Shown: positions 1 to 11,316 of the stretch, piece after piece
Position numbering within the stretch: the first letter of the stretch is position 1
Layout: each line of letters starts with the position of its first letter
From: an uncultured delta proteobacterium
GTDB lineage: Bacteria > Myxococcota_A > Polyangia > Fen-1088
Reading direction: 5' to 3'
DNA length: 64,000 nucleotides
NCBI GenBank assembly: GCA_963737265.1
Contig: CAVTRY010000011.1
Span: 448,001-512,000, forward strand
Notes under the pieces: model-generated
The model's input: the letters and a program-made list of their open reading frames with translations, nothing else
What the model was told of the DNA's origin: nothing
The model's database searches: none
Program-made: the position numbers and the translations under genes

Positions 1-696
1 CACCGCCGTGCTCACTGGCTCCGCCGACCAAACCATGGTCGAGCACAGCTCCACATCGTTGTCGTCGGCGGTGATTTCCGACGCCAGATTGCGCGGGCGC
101 GCGACCTTGGGTTCTGGACACTGCAGCATCTCGACCTCCACGCAGGCTTCGCCAAGCGGGCGAGAGACCGTCGCGGCGGCGAGGCTGGCAACCACGGGAC
201 GCTCCAAATCGGCGATGTCGATGCGGCGTTGGCCGTCGCGCGCAGCTCGCAACCGGTGGAGGACGATGCGCTGAGAGGCGGCCTCGGGCGTGCGGTCCTC
301 GGCGCGCACCTCCACGCTGGCGCTGGGGAAATAGGCGGCGCCGATCCGCACAGCCAACGCTGGACCAAGCTCGATACCGACGCCGCCCGCGGGAAAGAGA
401 AACAGCAGCGGCCGCAATCGTTCGGCGAGCTCGGCCAGCAGCATCCCGTGGGTGACGTCGAGAGGCACACCCGCAAGGATCTCGTCCGAGGAACAAAGGA
501 TGCGATCTGCACCGGCGGAGCTGACTTGGGCTGCCAGCCGGTCGATTTCGACGTGCGAACAGGGACCCAGCGTCAGCAGGGCGTAGACCGTCGCCCCGGC
601 CGCGTCCGCAATGCGGCGCGCCTCCGCGACGACAAAGCGCGATGGGCTTGTCATTGCGCCTTCCCGCACTTCGATGTAGGCGACGATGCTGGCCAT
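1..696 (-). CDS. Electron transfer flavoprotein alpha-subunit-like protein (N-terminal domain), partial, runs off the window start
   Basis: Manual translation from ATG at 696: MASIVAYIEVREGAMTSPSRFVVAEARRIADAAGATVYALL...AGADRIL...ELGPALAVRIGAAY. This resembles the EtfA/FixB N-terminal domain. Absent from the ORF track because it is open at the edge. Confidence 0.65.
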   Translation of the reverse strand, partial: MASIVAYIEVREGAMTSPSRFVVAEARRIADAAGATVYALLTLGPCSHVEIDRLAAQVSSAGADRILCSSDEILAGVPLDVTHGMLLAELAERLRPLLFLFPAGGVGIELGPALAVRIGAAYFPSASVEVRAEDRTPEAASQRIVLHRLRAARDGQRRIDIADLERPVVASLAAATVSRPLGEACVEVEMLQCPEPKVARPRNLASEITADDNDVELCSTMVWSAEPVSTAV

Positions 697-743
697 GCTA
701 GACGCAAGTCATTGTAGCGGCGTCCGTGGTAAAGTGCAGAAGA

Positions 744-2234
744 ATGAGTGTTGGTGACAGTCCTCCACTAAGGCCCGATCCCCTTATCGAGCAGCTTGTC
801 GCAGATCGTTATCGGATCGTCCGCAAACTTGGCGAAGGCGGGATGGGGTCGGTGTATCTGGCCGAGCACGTCGTCATCGAGAAAAAGATGGCGCTCAAGG
901 TGCTGGCGCCCGAGCTGGCGCGGCGGTCGGACCTTGTCGCGCGTTTTCTGCAAGAGGCGCGCAGCGCATCCCGCATCGGTCACGAAAACGTCATCGACAT
1001 CTCGGATTTTGGCCAATCCATCGACGGGCTGGTCTACATCGCGATGGAGTTCTTGGACGGCAAGGATCTCGGCGAAATCGTGCGCACGCAGGGGGCGATG
1101 ACGTGGACTGAGGCGCGCGACATCGTACTGCAAATCTGCCGCGCGCTGCGGGCGGCGCACGACAAGGGCATCGTTCACCGGGACATGAAGCCCGAGAATA
1201 TTTTCCTGGTTCAGCGCGAAGGCCAGCCACATTTCGTGAAGATCCTGGATTTCGGCATCGCCAAAGTCATGGGCCTCGATCCAAACGGCCCGCGCCTCAC
1301 CCGAACCGGCATGATTTTCGGAACCCCCGAATACATGGCGCCCGAGCAGGCCGAAGGCAAGGACACCGACCGCCGCGCCGACATCTATGCCGTTGGCTGC
1401 ATCATCTACCACCTCATCACCGGCCAAACTCCCTTCGTCGCCGAATCCTTCATGACGATGCTGACCAAGCATCTGATGGAGGATCCGGTCCCGCCCAGCT
1501 CGCGGCGGCCCGATCTGGCCATCACGCCCGAGATGGACACCCTGGTTCTCAAGGCGTTGGAGAAGGATCGCGACAAGCGCTGGCAGTCGATGGCCGAGCT
1601 ACTCGATGCGGTCGCCGTCTGTCCCGGCCCGGAAAGCTCCGCGCCCAAGCTGCCGGGCGGACAAACCGTGGAAATGGGCGGCGCGCATGCTGCCGCGGCC
1701 CTGCGAGTCTTGCGTTCCAAGGGCAGCGAGCCCGCGACCGCGAGGGTCTCGCGCGAGATCGTGGATGCCGAGCTGCCCGATATCGACACCGACGTGCGGC
1801 CAAGGCCCAAGGTCCGAAACAATACCCATGCCGTCCTCATTGCCGTCGGCGTGGCGCTGGGCGTCGCCGTCGCGGCTTGGTTCGCCCTCTCGCACGGTAA
1901 GTCCGCGCCCCAAGACCCCCAAGCTCCAAGCGTCCGGCAAGCCGAACCGGCGCAGCCGGCGCCGCCACCATTCGCGCCAGCGCCTGCCGCCGCACCGACT
2001 CCGCCCGCGGCGCCCGCCAATGAGCCGCTACCGCGCGCACCAGCCGCGGAAGAGGAGGCCGCGCCAGGTGCCACGCCACGTCGCGCGGTCCATGGACACC
2101 GCATCCGAACGGCAAGCCCGCCCCCCACGACCAATCCAGCCGTCTTTTCGCCGTCGCCAGTCACGCCGATCCCACCGCCCAGGCCCTTGCCACCACCGGT
2201 TCCGGGCGAGCTCAAACCGTTCCCGAAACTCTAG
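744..2234 (+). CDS. Membrane-anchored Ser/Thr protein kinase (Hanks type)
   Basis: GEGGMGSVY Gly loop, ALKVL, HRDMKPEN, DFG, GTPEYMAPE; TM segment then Pro-rich tail. Confidence 0.95.
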   Translation: MSVGDSPPLRPDPLIEQLVADRYRIVRKLGEGGMGSVYLAEHVVIEKKMALKVLAPELARRSDLVARFLQEARSASRIGHENVIDISDFGQSIDGLVYIAMEFLDGKDLGEIVRTQGAMTWTEARDIVLQICRALRAAHDKGIVHRDMKPENIFLVQREGQPHFVKILDFGIAKVMGLDPNGPRLTRTGMIFGTPEYMAPEQAEGKDTDRRADIYAVGCIIYHLITGQTPFVAESFMTMLTKHLMEDPVPPSSRRPDLAITPEMDTLVLKALEKDRDKRWQSMAELLDAVAVCPGPESSAPKLPGGQTVEMGGAHAAAALRVLRSKGSEPATARVSREIVDAELPDIDTDVRPRPKVRNNTHAVLIAVGVALGVAVAAWFALSHGKSAPQDPQAPSVRQAEPAQPAPPPFAPAPAAAPTPPAAPANEPLPRAPAAEEEAAPGATPRRAVHGHRIRTASPPPTTNPAVFSPSPVTPIPPPRPLPPPVPGELKPFPKL

Positions 2235-2273
2235 TAAACTCAGGGCCCAACCAGCGACGCAGCCCAAGCGCTA

Positions 2274-2477
2274 CTACTTGCCGATCATGACATCGGTCGC
2301 CTTGATGACGACGAGGACATCGTCCCCTTTCTTGAGCGCCAATCGGTCTATCGACGCCAGCGTGATGGACGAAGTCACCGTTTGGCCGCCCACATCCACG
2401 CTAACCTCGCCGTTGACGGATCCACGAACGACGTCCTTGATCTTGCCCCTGAGCTGGTTTCTCGCGCTGATTTCCAT
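2274..2477 (-). CDS. TOBE-domain molybdate/tungstate-binding protein (Mop/molbindin)
   Basis: 67 aa, MEISARNQLRGKIKDV...SSIT..SIDRLAL..GDDV...IKATDV, classic Mop signature; AAGGA SD upstream. Confidence 0.92.
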   Translation of the reverse strand: MEISARNQLRGKIKDVVRGSVNGEVSVDVGGQTVTSSITLASIDRLALKKGDDVLVVIKATDVMIGK

Positions 2478-2650
2478 GGTTCCATCCTTTTGATGTGGTG
2501 TCGCACCGCCAGCTTCAGGCTGTCGATATCGCACCACTTGGCACCAGGAATGTTTTGTGGCAAGCGCGCGGGTGTCAAGCCGACTCAGCGATCGCCGAAA
2601 GTTTTTACAGGGTGGAAACCTAGCCAGATGAAGACTGATGCCCAGCTCAG

Positions 2651-3301
2651 CTAATTGGTCTTTGTCTGCATTACGGTCAAGAACTGCGCCGCCACTTGAG
2701 CTGCGGACGTATCATCAGCGTATCCGGTCAACTGTACCTCGAAATAGGACGCCTTGAAATGGGCATAGGCAGTGATACCGGAAAGGACCGAATATCCAAT
2801 CGCAGTCGACGCGTCAAAGCCCGGGATTGGCGTAGTCGCGTTCCTAAGTTGCTGCTCATACGTAAACATCGAAGTAGCGTTGGCAGCCGTGCCGAAATCC
2901 ATGGCCACCAACCTGCAGAGTTGCGGATCCGGGCCCACTAGATTTTGGTACATGTACAGCAAACACCCGTTATCCAAATAGGGTTTATTGCCGCCGTCGA
3001 TGACGTTGACTAGTGTCGTAGCGCTTCCAGTCAGGAGCGCCGTGGCTGCGGTGGCTGGATTGGTATCTTGCGTCCAGCCAGGCATCTGCGTGGTACCGGA
3101 AATCTTGTAGAGATTGCCGAACGCAGTCGGATCGAGAGCGCCTCCGGTGCCACTGATACCGCCGCTGCCAGTGGCACCGCCGGTGGCAGTGGTCCCGCCG
3201 GTGCCGCCAGCTGGGGTGGCGTTACTGCCACATCCCGGAACGCCGTAAACCAGAAACAGAGCTACGAAGGACAGACGGATACTCACAGCATGAATTCTCA
3301 C
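2651..3301 (-). CDS. Lipoprotein with Gly-rich linker and DUF6599-like domain
   Basis: GTG start after AAGGAG; signal peptide with VPGC lipobox; IDGG..PYLDNG and AMDFGTAANA..MF resemble DUF6599 proteins often found next to DUF362 genes. Confidence 0.6.
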   Translation of the reverse strand: MRIHAVSIRLSFVALFLVYGVPGCGSNATPAGGTGGTTATGGATGSGGISGTGGALDPTAFGNLYKISGTTQMPGWTQDTNPATAATALLTGSATTLVNVIDGGNKPYLDNGCLLYMYQNLVGPDPQLCRLVAMDFGTAANATSMFTYEQQLRNATTPIPGFDASTAIGYSVLSGITAYAHFKASYFEVQLTGYADDTSAAQVAAQFLTVMQTKTN

Positions 3302-3371
3302 GAAAATCTCCTTTGAAAGTTCTCTCTTGAAGCGTCGGGGATCGGGCGCGGCTGCCACGCGTCACCACTGC

Positions 3372-5047
3372 TCAAGGCAATGGCTTATCGGTGACATCCT
3401 TTTTCTGATCGGTTCCGGCCGGGGCCGTCCGCTCTCCAGACTCAACTTGCGCGGCACGACGCCAAAGCTTGCCGACCACCACCGCTCCAACCGCTAGCAG
3501 CGCGCCGAGCGGGCTGGTTCTCCGCCCGAGTCCTACTGCGTCACAGCCTCCGCTCGAGCTTGATGTCACGCCGCTTCCGCCCGTCGCAGCCGAACCTCCC
3601 GCTGCTGACACAGTGCTTGTCGCAGCACCACCAGCAGCTCCTCTGCCGCCAGCGCCCGCCGAGGCCCCGCCATTGCCGGATGTTCCACCGGCCAGACTCG
3701 AACCGCCGCCGCCCGAGCCTCCTTTACCACTGGCGCCGCCGCTGCCCGAGCCTCCGTTGCCGTTGGCGCCGCCGCTGCCCGAGCCTCCATTGCCGCTGCT
3801 GGCGCCGCCGCTGCCCGAGCCTCCATTGCCGCTGCTGGCGCCGCCGCTGCCCGAGCCTCCGTTACCACTGGCGCCGCCGCTGGCTCGGCTGCCGCCGCTA
3901 GCGGAACCTCCGCTTCCACTGGCGCCGCCGCTGCCGGAGCCTCCGCTTCCACTGCTACCGCCGCTCCCGGAGCCTCCGCTCCCACTGCTGCCGCCAGCGC
4001 CAGAGCTGGCCGTAGCGGGAGGAACGACGACCCACACTGGGTCGGTCGCGGCGTATCCGAAAGTAGTGAGGTACGACGTGATAACGTTTTCATCGTGGCT
4101 GCATCCCATGACCGCCTCGCGGACCTTCTTTACGGTCAAGTAGTCGACGATGGGACCGAACACACCCATGATCAGATAGCACGGCATGACCTCTGGCGTT
4201 CCCGTGTTGGACACTTCGTTAGCGAACAACGAATCGATGAAACAGAGCTGCTGCCGAACGGGAGTTCCGCCGAGAATCGCATCGCTCTTGTTGATGTTGA
4301 ATATGTATGCGTTGCCGCCGTCGTGGTTAGGGGCAAAGGTGCCAAAGTGGTTCTTCATGCTGAGCGTGGCCCCGCCCAGCGCCCAGTGGCCCTTGTTATT
4401 CGCGATATTGATGAGAATATCGACCGTGCCGTTGGCGATATTCGCCGAGCAGGATGCGGATCCACCAGGATAGGGGGCGTTTACCGTGCCGCCCATGGCG
4501 GAATTGTAGCTGCTAACTACCCCCGGAATCTTGGTCGTGTCGGTGGTGCTGAAGTAACTACTGTAGTTCGAGATCCCGCTGCCGAACGTGCCGTTGCCAT
4601 CGTAGATAACGATGTTGGCCGCCGGCACGCCAAACCCGGTCATGATGTTGCAGAATTTCTGAATCACCGCAACGCGGGCCATGTTCATGGGTTCGATGAC
4701 GTTGACCTTGATGGCGACTTTCGTGGAGGCTTGCTGGATCGAAAGATGGCTTTCCACGCCGCGTCCGCCGTCGGTTGATTGGCAAGCTGCATGGCCATCG
4801 CATCCATATTGGCCTGAACCTGGGCGGTGTTGACGGCGGCGTTTTCCGCGGCGAACGACGCCGCCGGAGTGCTTTTCATCATGCTCTTGTCGTAGCACGA
4901 CACGACGCGCGTATTGCTGATGTTCGGATTGACCGCCATCGTTCCCGTGGCTGGCCAGGCAGCAAAGGCATTGTCCGTCCGCAAAAGCGCAAATCCCGCG
5001 GCGCCCGCGGCCGTCATCTTGAGGAAATCCCGTCTCTGATTCTCCAT
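3372..5047 (-). pseudogene. Tat-exported DUF362-domain protein with Gly/Ser linker and MYXO-CTERM-like anchor; frameshifted near 4730
   Basis: ORF 4685-5047 gives Tat signal (QRRDFLK). ORF 3372-5105 frame gives KVAIKVN and NKGH..GATLSMKNHFG (DUF362), then SSSGGC-TM-basic tail. Frames switch at ..IFRSSK/ASTKVAIK. Confidence 0.75.
3700..3995. repeat. Coding tandem repeats (about 30-36 bp units) encoding a GGSGSGGASSGN linker
   Basis: Repeated gcgccgccgctgcccgagcctcc units. Confidence 0.85.
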
Positions 5048-5260
5048 GAACAGCTCCTTCTCTCAGAGAAGTCAAAACAGATTTGCGGTATCTGAATGTG
5101 CTCAAGAGATTACTCTAAATCCAATGAGACGGGTCAGTTTTTCTTTAACCCCGAAGGCCGCCTGCACACGTCGGCGCGGGTCTTTGGTGATGCCGCGGGG
5201 CGGGCCGAAAGCCACGATCTGCCCCTTCTCGAAAGGGAAAACGGGCAGAGCGACGCGTCG

Positions 5261-7329
5261 CTACCGGCGCTTGGGCGGCCGAGCGGGTTCGCACAACACC
5301 GCTCGTCCGCTGTGAGTCCGGCCATTCATCGCCATGCACAACCTCTCGGCCGCGTCTGCGGCCACATTGACATAGCTGTGCGTGTTCATGAGCTCGACGT
5401 GCCCGGCCGGCACAGCCACGCCACTTGAGGACAGGAGCTCGGCAATACCCTCTGGCGTCGCATTGTCCTTGCGACCAAGGTTCACGTACAGGCGGGTTTG
5501 CCCCGTGGGAGCCAGCCGTCCATCAGGCGTCGCGACGGCGGCCGGAGCGGGCGGGTTGGCGGCTGGCGGCGGCGCGAGGGTGTTGCTTGGCTCCGAAACT
5601 CGTGCGGCTTCCGCTGGCGGAGGCGGCGTACGCCCGACCTCTTCACTCCAGACTTCCCAGAATTCCCGAGTATCTTCCTTGCGCGGCGCCTGGCTCGTGG
5701 ACGCCGGGCTCGGGGGCGCCGGCGTCGGCTTTGCCGACGGTCCATTTCGCCTCTGGTCTCCTCGATCTTGGCGATCTGGAACGTCGATCGACTGCGCTCG
5801 CGCGCGGGTCTTTCCCGCTCGCCAAAGCCACGCGGGCGCCGCTCGCCGTGCATGGTTCTTTCCCGGCGCTCGGGTTCCTTGATTTCGACTGGCGTTTTGA
5901 GTGGCGAAATCGGTCGCGTCTCCGCGCCGGTGCTGGCGGCGGGAGCGGCGGCCGGGCGCACGCTCGACTTCGGTTCGGCGAAGGCACCCCGTAACATGGC
6001 ACCGACCAGTCGCTCGGCGTCGATCGCGTTCATCAGGCGGCGGGCCAGGGAGTGCCATTCTGGGCCCGGATCGCCCGGCAACAGCGTGCGCAGGTGGGCC
6101 AGCCGCTCGCCCTCGTGGCGCGAGCGCACCTCGGCCTCGGAAGGCAACGATTGCTCTTCCGGCTTAATCTTGTAGAGCAACTTGAGATAGTAAAACGAGC
6201 CCACCTCGGTGGGCCCGATGAGCGAAATGGCGTGGCCAGAGCGTCCGGCCCGTCCCGTGCGGCCGGTGCGGTGGATGTAGATCTCGGGGGATTCCGGGAA
6301 CGTGTAGTTGATCACGCACGGCAAGTTCTCGATGTCGATGCCGCGCGCCGCGACGTCGGTGGCGACGAGGAAACGGATGCCGCCCGCGCGCATTCGTTGC
6401 ATGACGTCCTCGCGTTCGGACTGCGAGAGATCCGACGAGATGGGTTCGGCGTTGAGTCCTTGGCGGCGCAGGTGTTCGGCCACTCGGCCGGTTTCGTCGC
6501 GCGTGTTGCAGAAGATGACTGCCCGGTCCGGCTCTTCGAACGCGAGAATGCGCGACAACTCGGCCTCGCGCTGACCGCCGGGGATGGAATAGTAGGTGTG
6601 ACGAATTTCGTGTACGCCGACGAAGTCGGCCGACAATTTCAGGATCTCGGGGTCGCGCATGAAGCGGCGGGACAACCGTTGAATGCCTTCGGGAATGGTG
6701 GCCGAAAAAAGCAGGGTCTGCCGCGTGGTCGGGGTCTCGCTGAGGATCGACTCGATGTCCTCTTGGAAGCCCATCGAGAGCATCTCATCGCATTCATCGA
6801 GCACCACGCACTTGATCTTGTCGAGTTGCAGCGTGCCGCGACGGATATGGTCGAGAATTCTGCCGGGGGTACCGCACACGACCTGGGCGCCAGCGCGCAG
6901 TTGCTCGATCTGACGGCCCATGGGCGAACCGCCGTAGACCGGAACCACCGCCAGCGACGTCGCCGCGCAGATGCGCGCTGTCTCGGCGGCGACTTGCAGG
7001 GCTAGCTCGCGCGTGGGCAGCAACACCAAGGCTTGGGGAAACTTCTCGGCCGGATCGGCAATCCAGTCGGCGAACGGCATGGCGAAGGCAGCCGTCTTTC
7101 CCGATCCGGTGCGCGACTGCACCAGGATATCGCGTCCGGAGCGGACCTTCGGGATGGTCTCGCGTTGGACATCCATGGGCTCGACGAAACCCATGTCCGC
7201 CACGGCCTTGAGCACCTCGGGGCCGAGGCCGAGATCGGCAAAGGTAGCCTTGGGCGGACTATCGGGCGCAGGTTCGGCTGGTTCGACGGATGCTAGGTTG
7301 GTAGCGGACTCATGGTCTAGATCGTTCAC
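5261..7329 (-). CDS. DEAD-box RNA helicase (DeaD/CsdA-like) with C-terminal DbpA RNA-binding domain; frameshift near 5790
   Basis: SRTGSGKT, PTRELA, TPGRILD, DECDEM, FSAT, TDVAARGID, HRTGRTGRAG. The DbpA-type domain (RLYVNLGRKD...HSYVNV) lies in a different frame (ORF 5261-6058). Confidence 0.9.
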
Positions 7330-7892
7330 GGTTTTTCTCCTGCGGGCACGCTGGACTCGGCCAGGTGATCGCCAATTTGGTCGACGCGCTTGTTGATGCG
7401 ATCCAGGCGCGGCGCCAGTTCGCTGCCGAAGCGCAAGAGCTCTCTCGAGTAGGTCGTTTGAATGCTGCCCAGCTCTTCGAAGGCAGCAGCCATGGCATCG
7501 AAATCCTTGTGGGGCGGACCCGGCCGGCTCTCGACGAGGCGGCAGCGTTCGCCGAAAACGCGCCAGCGCTTGCGCCAAACTTCGCCTTCGCCGGACCAGC
7601 GCATAGCCTCGGCCGAGTCGTAGCCGCCGAGCAGGTGGTAGGCGTTTTCCAGGTGCTTCGCCAGCGCCACGGACACGTCACGCAGCTCGTCGAAGCAGCT
7701 GGTCACTTCAGTCGCAGTGAATTGCGTGCTGATGCGATCCCCAAGCACCACGTTGCGCTGGCGCTGTAGCGCGACCGCGACCGACGCCAGAAGATACAAG
7801 GTACCGCCCGCGACCAGCACCAACGTCGTCCAAGCCACCAACGTTCGGTAGCGGCGAAATTCTTGTGGGGAAGGATTCGAGGACGATGACAA
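7326..7892 (-). CDS. Hypothetical membrane-anchored helical protein
   Basis: One N-terminal TM segment; stop overlaps helicase GTG start. Confidence 0.7.
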   Translation of the reverse strand: MSSSSNPSPQEFRRYRTLVAWTTLVLVAGGTLYLLASVAVALQRQRNVVLGDRISTQFTATEVTSCFDELRDVSVALAKHLENAYHLLGGYDSAEAMRWSGEGEVWRKRWRVFGERCRLVESRPGPPHKDFDAMAAAFEELGSIQTTYSRELLRFGSELAPRLDRINKRVDQIGDHLAESSVPAGEKP

Positions 7893-8056
7893 GGGCGGCG
7901 ATACGGCAAGTCCATTGAGGACCCACCTGCGAAGGGCTCCCAGCGAGGAGCGCGCGCTGTCGGAGCGCCGACAGGTGAGGTGAGTCTACGTGGTCGCCCG
8001 CAGGTTGTCAAACCTTCCCCTGGGTCCCGCTGGGTCTTTCGCCGTGTGGCCCGGAG

Positions 8057-8566
8057 CTACGGGCAAGCGAGATTGAACTGCCAAGCACCTTCGACCAGGA
8101 AGCCCGAGCCGACGGCATCCAGATTGCCCTGGCTGGGATCTTCGCTGAGAAAGGGCCCGTCCGTGGCCGCCAACAATAGACGGTGGTCGGAAAAGCCGTG
8201 CGCGATGTCGTTGCAGTTGGGAGCGAAATAGATCGCGTCTCGGCCCAGCTTATTACCTCCCGGCTGGACGCCCTCCAGGGTCAACCGTGAAATTCCCGCT
8301 GAGTAGGGTGGGTAGTCGACAATCCAGCGATAGTAGAGGTTATCTTGCGTGTTGGGATCCAGCAGCTCGACTTCGACCGTGAGCGGCGCGCCCCCGTCGG
8401 CGTCCAGTCCCAAGATCGACCCCACCGGCGGATTGGCGTAGGCAATGGCGGGCGGGTAGTTGTTCTGTGGCGTCGACCATTCTGGACCAATCGGAACGAC
8501 GCAGCTCGTGGCCGAGAACAGCACGGCGAGCCCTGGCAGCAGGCGGCGTGGCTGATGTGAGCTCAC
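8057..8566 (-). CDS. Hypothetical lipoprotein
   Basis: Signal peptide with ATSC lipobox; start overlaps upstream stop. Confidence 0.75.
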   Translation of the reverse strand: MSSHQPRRLLPGLAVLFSATSCVVPIGPEWSTPQNNYPPAIAYANPPVGSILGLDADGGAPLTVEVELLDPNTQDNLYYRWIVDYPPYSAGISRLTLEGVQPGGNKLGRDAIYFAPNCNDIAHGFSDHRLLLAATDGPFLSEDPSQGNLDAVGSGFLVEGAWQFNLACP

Positions 8567-10383
8567 GGCTCGTCCAACGACGGTAGGCCGCCGGTCGCGT
8601 CGCCGGCTTCTTCTTTTTCGAGATGGCGAAAAATCGTGCGCGGGTCGACGCCGAGATCGCGGGCCGTCTTGGTGCGGTTGCCGCCGTTGAGGCCCAAAAC
8701 CTCGTTGATGTACGTCCGCTGCCAGCGCTCGCGGGCCTCGGCCAAGGGAAGAATGGCTGGGATTTCGTCGGGGTTGATGCCGAGGTCGTCCGGCCCGAGC
8801 ATCGCCTTGTCCGCAAGCACCACGGCCTTCTTGATTCGGTTTTCGAGCTCTCGAATGTTGCCCGGCCAGCGATAGCGCTTGATAGCGACGATTGCGCCCG
8901 GCGTGAACCCGCGCACCTTGCTGCCGTACTCGGGGGCGTAGCGCGACAGCATGTAGCGCGCGAGCACGACGATATCGTCACCCCGTTCGCGCAGTGGCGG
9001 CAGATGAAGCTGGACGACGTTGAGTCGGTAGTAAAGGTCTTCGCGGAAACGTCCGTTGCGGGTTTCGGCTTCGAGATCGCGATTGGTGGCGGCGACGATT
9101 CGAATGTCCACGTTTTCCGACGCCGTGTCGCCCACCCTGGTTACGTTGTGTTCCTGCAGGGCGCGCAATATCTTGACCTGCAAGGCGAGCGGCATATCGC
9201 CAATCTCGTCGAGGAACAGCGTTCCCTTGTCCGCGGTTTGAAAGCGCCCAGCCTTGTTGACGACCGCGCCGGTGAAGGCTCCGCGCACGTGGCCGAAGAG
9301 CTCCGACTCGAGCAGGTTTTCAGGAATGGCGCCGCAGTTTACACTGACGAACGGTCCTTTGGCGCGTGGCGAGCGGTTGTGGACTTCGCGCGCGATGAGC
9401 TCCTTGCCGGTGCCGGTTTCGCCGGTTACGAGAACCGTAATGTCGGTTCCGGCGACCCGCTGGACCTTGCGAAAAACCTCCTGCATCGCGGGTGAGGAGC
9501 CCAGAATTTCACCAAAACGAATGCGCTCGATGCGATCCTGCAGCGATTGGTTGTCGAGCTGGAGCTCGTTGACGAGCAGGGCGTTGCGAATGACCAGCGA
9601 GGCTTGGGCCGCAAAGATGGTGAGGATTTCGAGGGCGGCCTGGTCAAAGAGCTGGGCCACGTTGTCGTTGCCCACGTAGATGAGACCGATGAGATTGCCA
9701 CGCTCGAGCATGGGCACGCACATCACGGACGTCAGACGAAGATTCATCACCGACAAGGAATTCTTGAAACTGGCGTCGTTGAGCGCGTCCGAGATGATGA
9801 GCGGTTCGCGGCTTTCGACCACGCGCTTGACGATGGAATCGGACAGGTGGCGAACCGCATCGGAAATCGTTTCGTGGCGCAAGTTGCGCGCCACCTTGAC
9901 CACGGGTTCGCCCGATTCGATGAGAACGATGAAGCCCTTGTCGGCATTGGTAACCTGAATCACCACGTCCAGCAGGGCATCGAGCAGGTTGGGAATCTCG
10001 TAGTTGTTCATCAGTCGCCGGGCGAAATCGAACAGCCGCTTGTACGAGGTGAGCTCGGCCATGGTCTTGGCCGCCACCTCGTCAGTCACCGGTTCGTCGT
10101 AAAGCGAGAACTCAAGCTCGACGCTGCCCATGCGGACGCGGTCGTCTTGCGACAGCCGGTGCTTGGTCCGACGGCGCCCGTTGACGTTCAGATCGGCATC
10201 GCGATCGGTGACCGAAATGTTGAAGTCGCGCCCGTCGAAATGGATGTGCGCGTGGGTATCGGCGAGCAACGGGTCGAGAAGAAGGACATCTACCCCTTCG
10301 CCTTTTCCAAGCGACGTGAGCTTCTTGTAGATGTGGTACACCTTCACGCTAGTTCCTGGGCTGTGGATTCGAAGGGTAGCCAT
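8563..10383 (-). CDS. FHA-GAF-AAA+ sigma54-dependent transcriptional activator (Fis-type HTH)
   Basis: [36 protein letters not shown]-terminal HTH; N-terminal FHA-like then GAF region. Confidence 0.95.
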   Translation of the reverse strand: MATLRIHSPGTSVKVYHIYKKLTSLGKGEGVDVLLLDPLLADTHAHIHFDGRDFNISVTDRDADLNVNGRRRTKHRLSQDDRVRMGSVELEFSLYDEPVTDEVAAKTMAELTSYKRLFDFARRLMNNYEIPNLLDALLDVVIQVTNADKGFIVLIESGEPVVKVARNLRHETISDAVRHLSDSIVKRVVESREPLIISDALNDASFKNSLSVMNLRLTSVMCVPMLERGNLIGLIYVGNDNVAQLFDQAALEILTIFAAQASLVIRNALLVNELQLDNQSLQDRIERIRFGEILGSSPAMQEVFRKVQRVAGTDITVLVTGETGTGKELIAREVHNRSPRAKGPFVSVNCGAIPENLLESELFGHVRGAFTGAVVNKAGRFQTADKGTLFLDEIGDMPLALQVKILRALQEHNVTRVGDTASENVDIRIVAATNRDLEAETRNGRFREDLYYRLNVVQLHLPPLRERGDDIVVLARYMLSRYAPEYGSKVRGFTPGAIVAIKRYRWPGNIRELENRIKKAVVLADKAMLGPDDLGINPDEIPAILPLAEARERWQRTYINEVLGLNGGNRTKTARDLGVDPRTIFRHLEKEEAGDATGGLPSLDEP

Positions 10384-10406
10384 GGCGCCAGTTTGGCTTC
10401 TTCCGC

Positions 10407-11315
10407 TTAGAAACGGAAGTAAAGACCGGGCCCGATTGCACGATCCATCACGGCCGGCGAAAGGCGCAGGCTTGCCAGACCGCTGGCTTGCTTGGGCGCG
10501 TCTGAAAATGTGAGCTGCGTCTCAGGCTGGTAGTAGTAGATGGCGTCGATAAGGCCCCAGACAACCGCGCCGAAAAACATCGCGCCGCTGGCGACCTGGA
10601 CGCGCGTAAGCAAGCGCGATCGATCCTCGCCGGTGTGGTCGACATATTGGGTCGGGCAGCCGCTATCGCCCACGTCGACGAGACAGCCGCGCTGCGGACG
10701 AAAACCGTAGGCCGCCAGATTGGTCGCAAACGCTCCGACGGAAACCGCCGCCAACAGCGATTCCGCCGAGAGGAACGCCCACGCCTTCTTGCGATGGCCA
10801 TTTTGAAACTGACCGGCGCCAAAAGGGAAGAAGTTGACCACGAACGAATTGCGGCCCACGCGTTTCTCGACGACCCTGGGACCAGCCCGCACCTTTTCGC
10901 ATTGCTCTTGGTCGCGCTGGCGCGCGCGTTCGGCTTCCTTGCGCTTGGCTTCGAGCTGGCCAAGCTCGGTTTCGTATGCCTGGAGAACCTTGTTGAAGAA
11001 GTCGACGACCTCCGGTGGATCGAGCAAGGGGTCGAAGCGGTAGTCCGGCGCTATCTGCAACAGCCTGCGGAATTCTTCGGCCGCTTCGTCTTGATGTTTT
11101 TCGAACAAGCAGGCGACGCCGAGAATGCGGTGCGCCTGCACCATCTGATTATCGGATTGCAGGCGTATTTCAGGGTAGAGCAGGGGGCGGATGATTTCCA
11201 CCGCGCGCGCGAATTCGCCCCGGTCGTACGCATTCTTTCCGCGCTGAAGCTCGTCGGTGGGCGCGGGCGTCGCTGCTTGGAAAAGAATTGCGACGAAAAG
11301 AAGTCCAGCGCCCAA
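10407..11315 (-). CDS. Secreted TPR-containing protein
   Basis: Signal peptide, TPR-like helices, [10 protein letters not shown] motif, C-terminal aromatic end (GLYFRF). Confidence 0.75.
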   Translation of the reverse strand: MGAGLLFVAILFQAATPAPTDELQRGKNAYDRGEFARAVEIIRPLLYPEIRLQSDNQMVQAHRILGVACLFEKHQDEAAEEFRRLLQIAPDYRFDPLLDPPEVVDFFNKVLQAYETELGQLEAKRKEAERARQRDQEQCEKVRAGPRVVEKRVGRNSFVVNFFPFGAGQFQNGHRKKAWAFLSAESLLAAVSVGAFATNLAAYGFRPQRGCLVDVGDSGCPTQYVDHTGEDRSRLLTRVQVASGAMFFGAVVWGLIDAIYYYQPETQLTFSDAPKQASGLASLRLSPAVMDRAIGPGLYFRF

Positions 11316-11316
11316 G

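Noticed and set aside
3700-3995. Regular 30-36 bp repeats as a possible CRISPR array
   Set aside because: No unique spacers; in-frame Gly/Ser linker coding repeats; no cas genes.
5760-5800. Programmed frameshift in the DEAD-box helicase
   Set aside because: No slippery heptamer seen; more likely a sequence error in a low-complexity linker.
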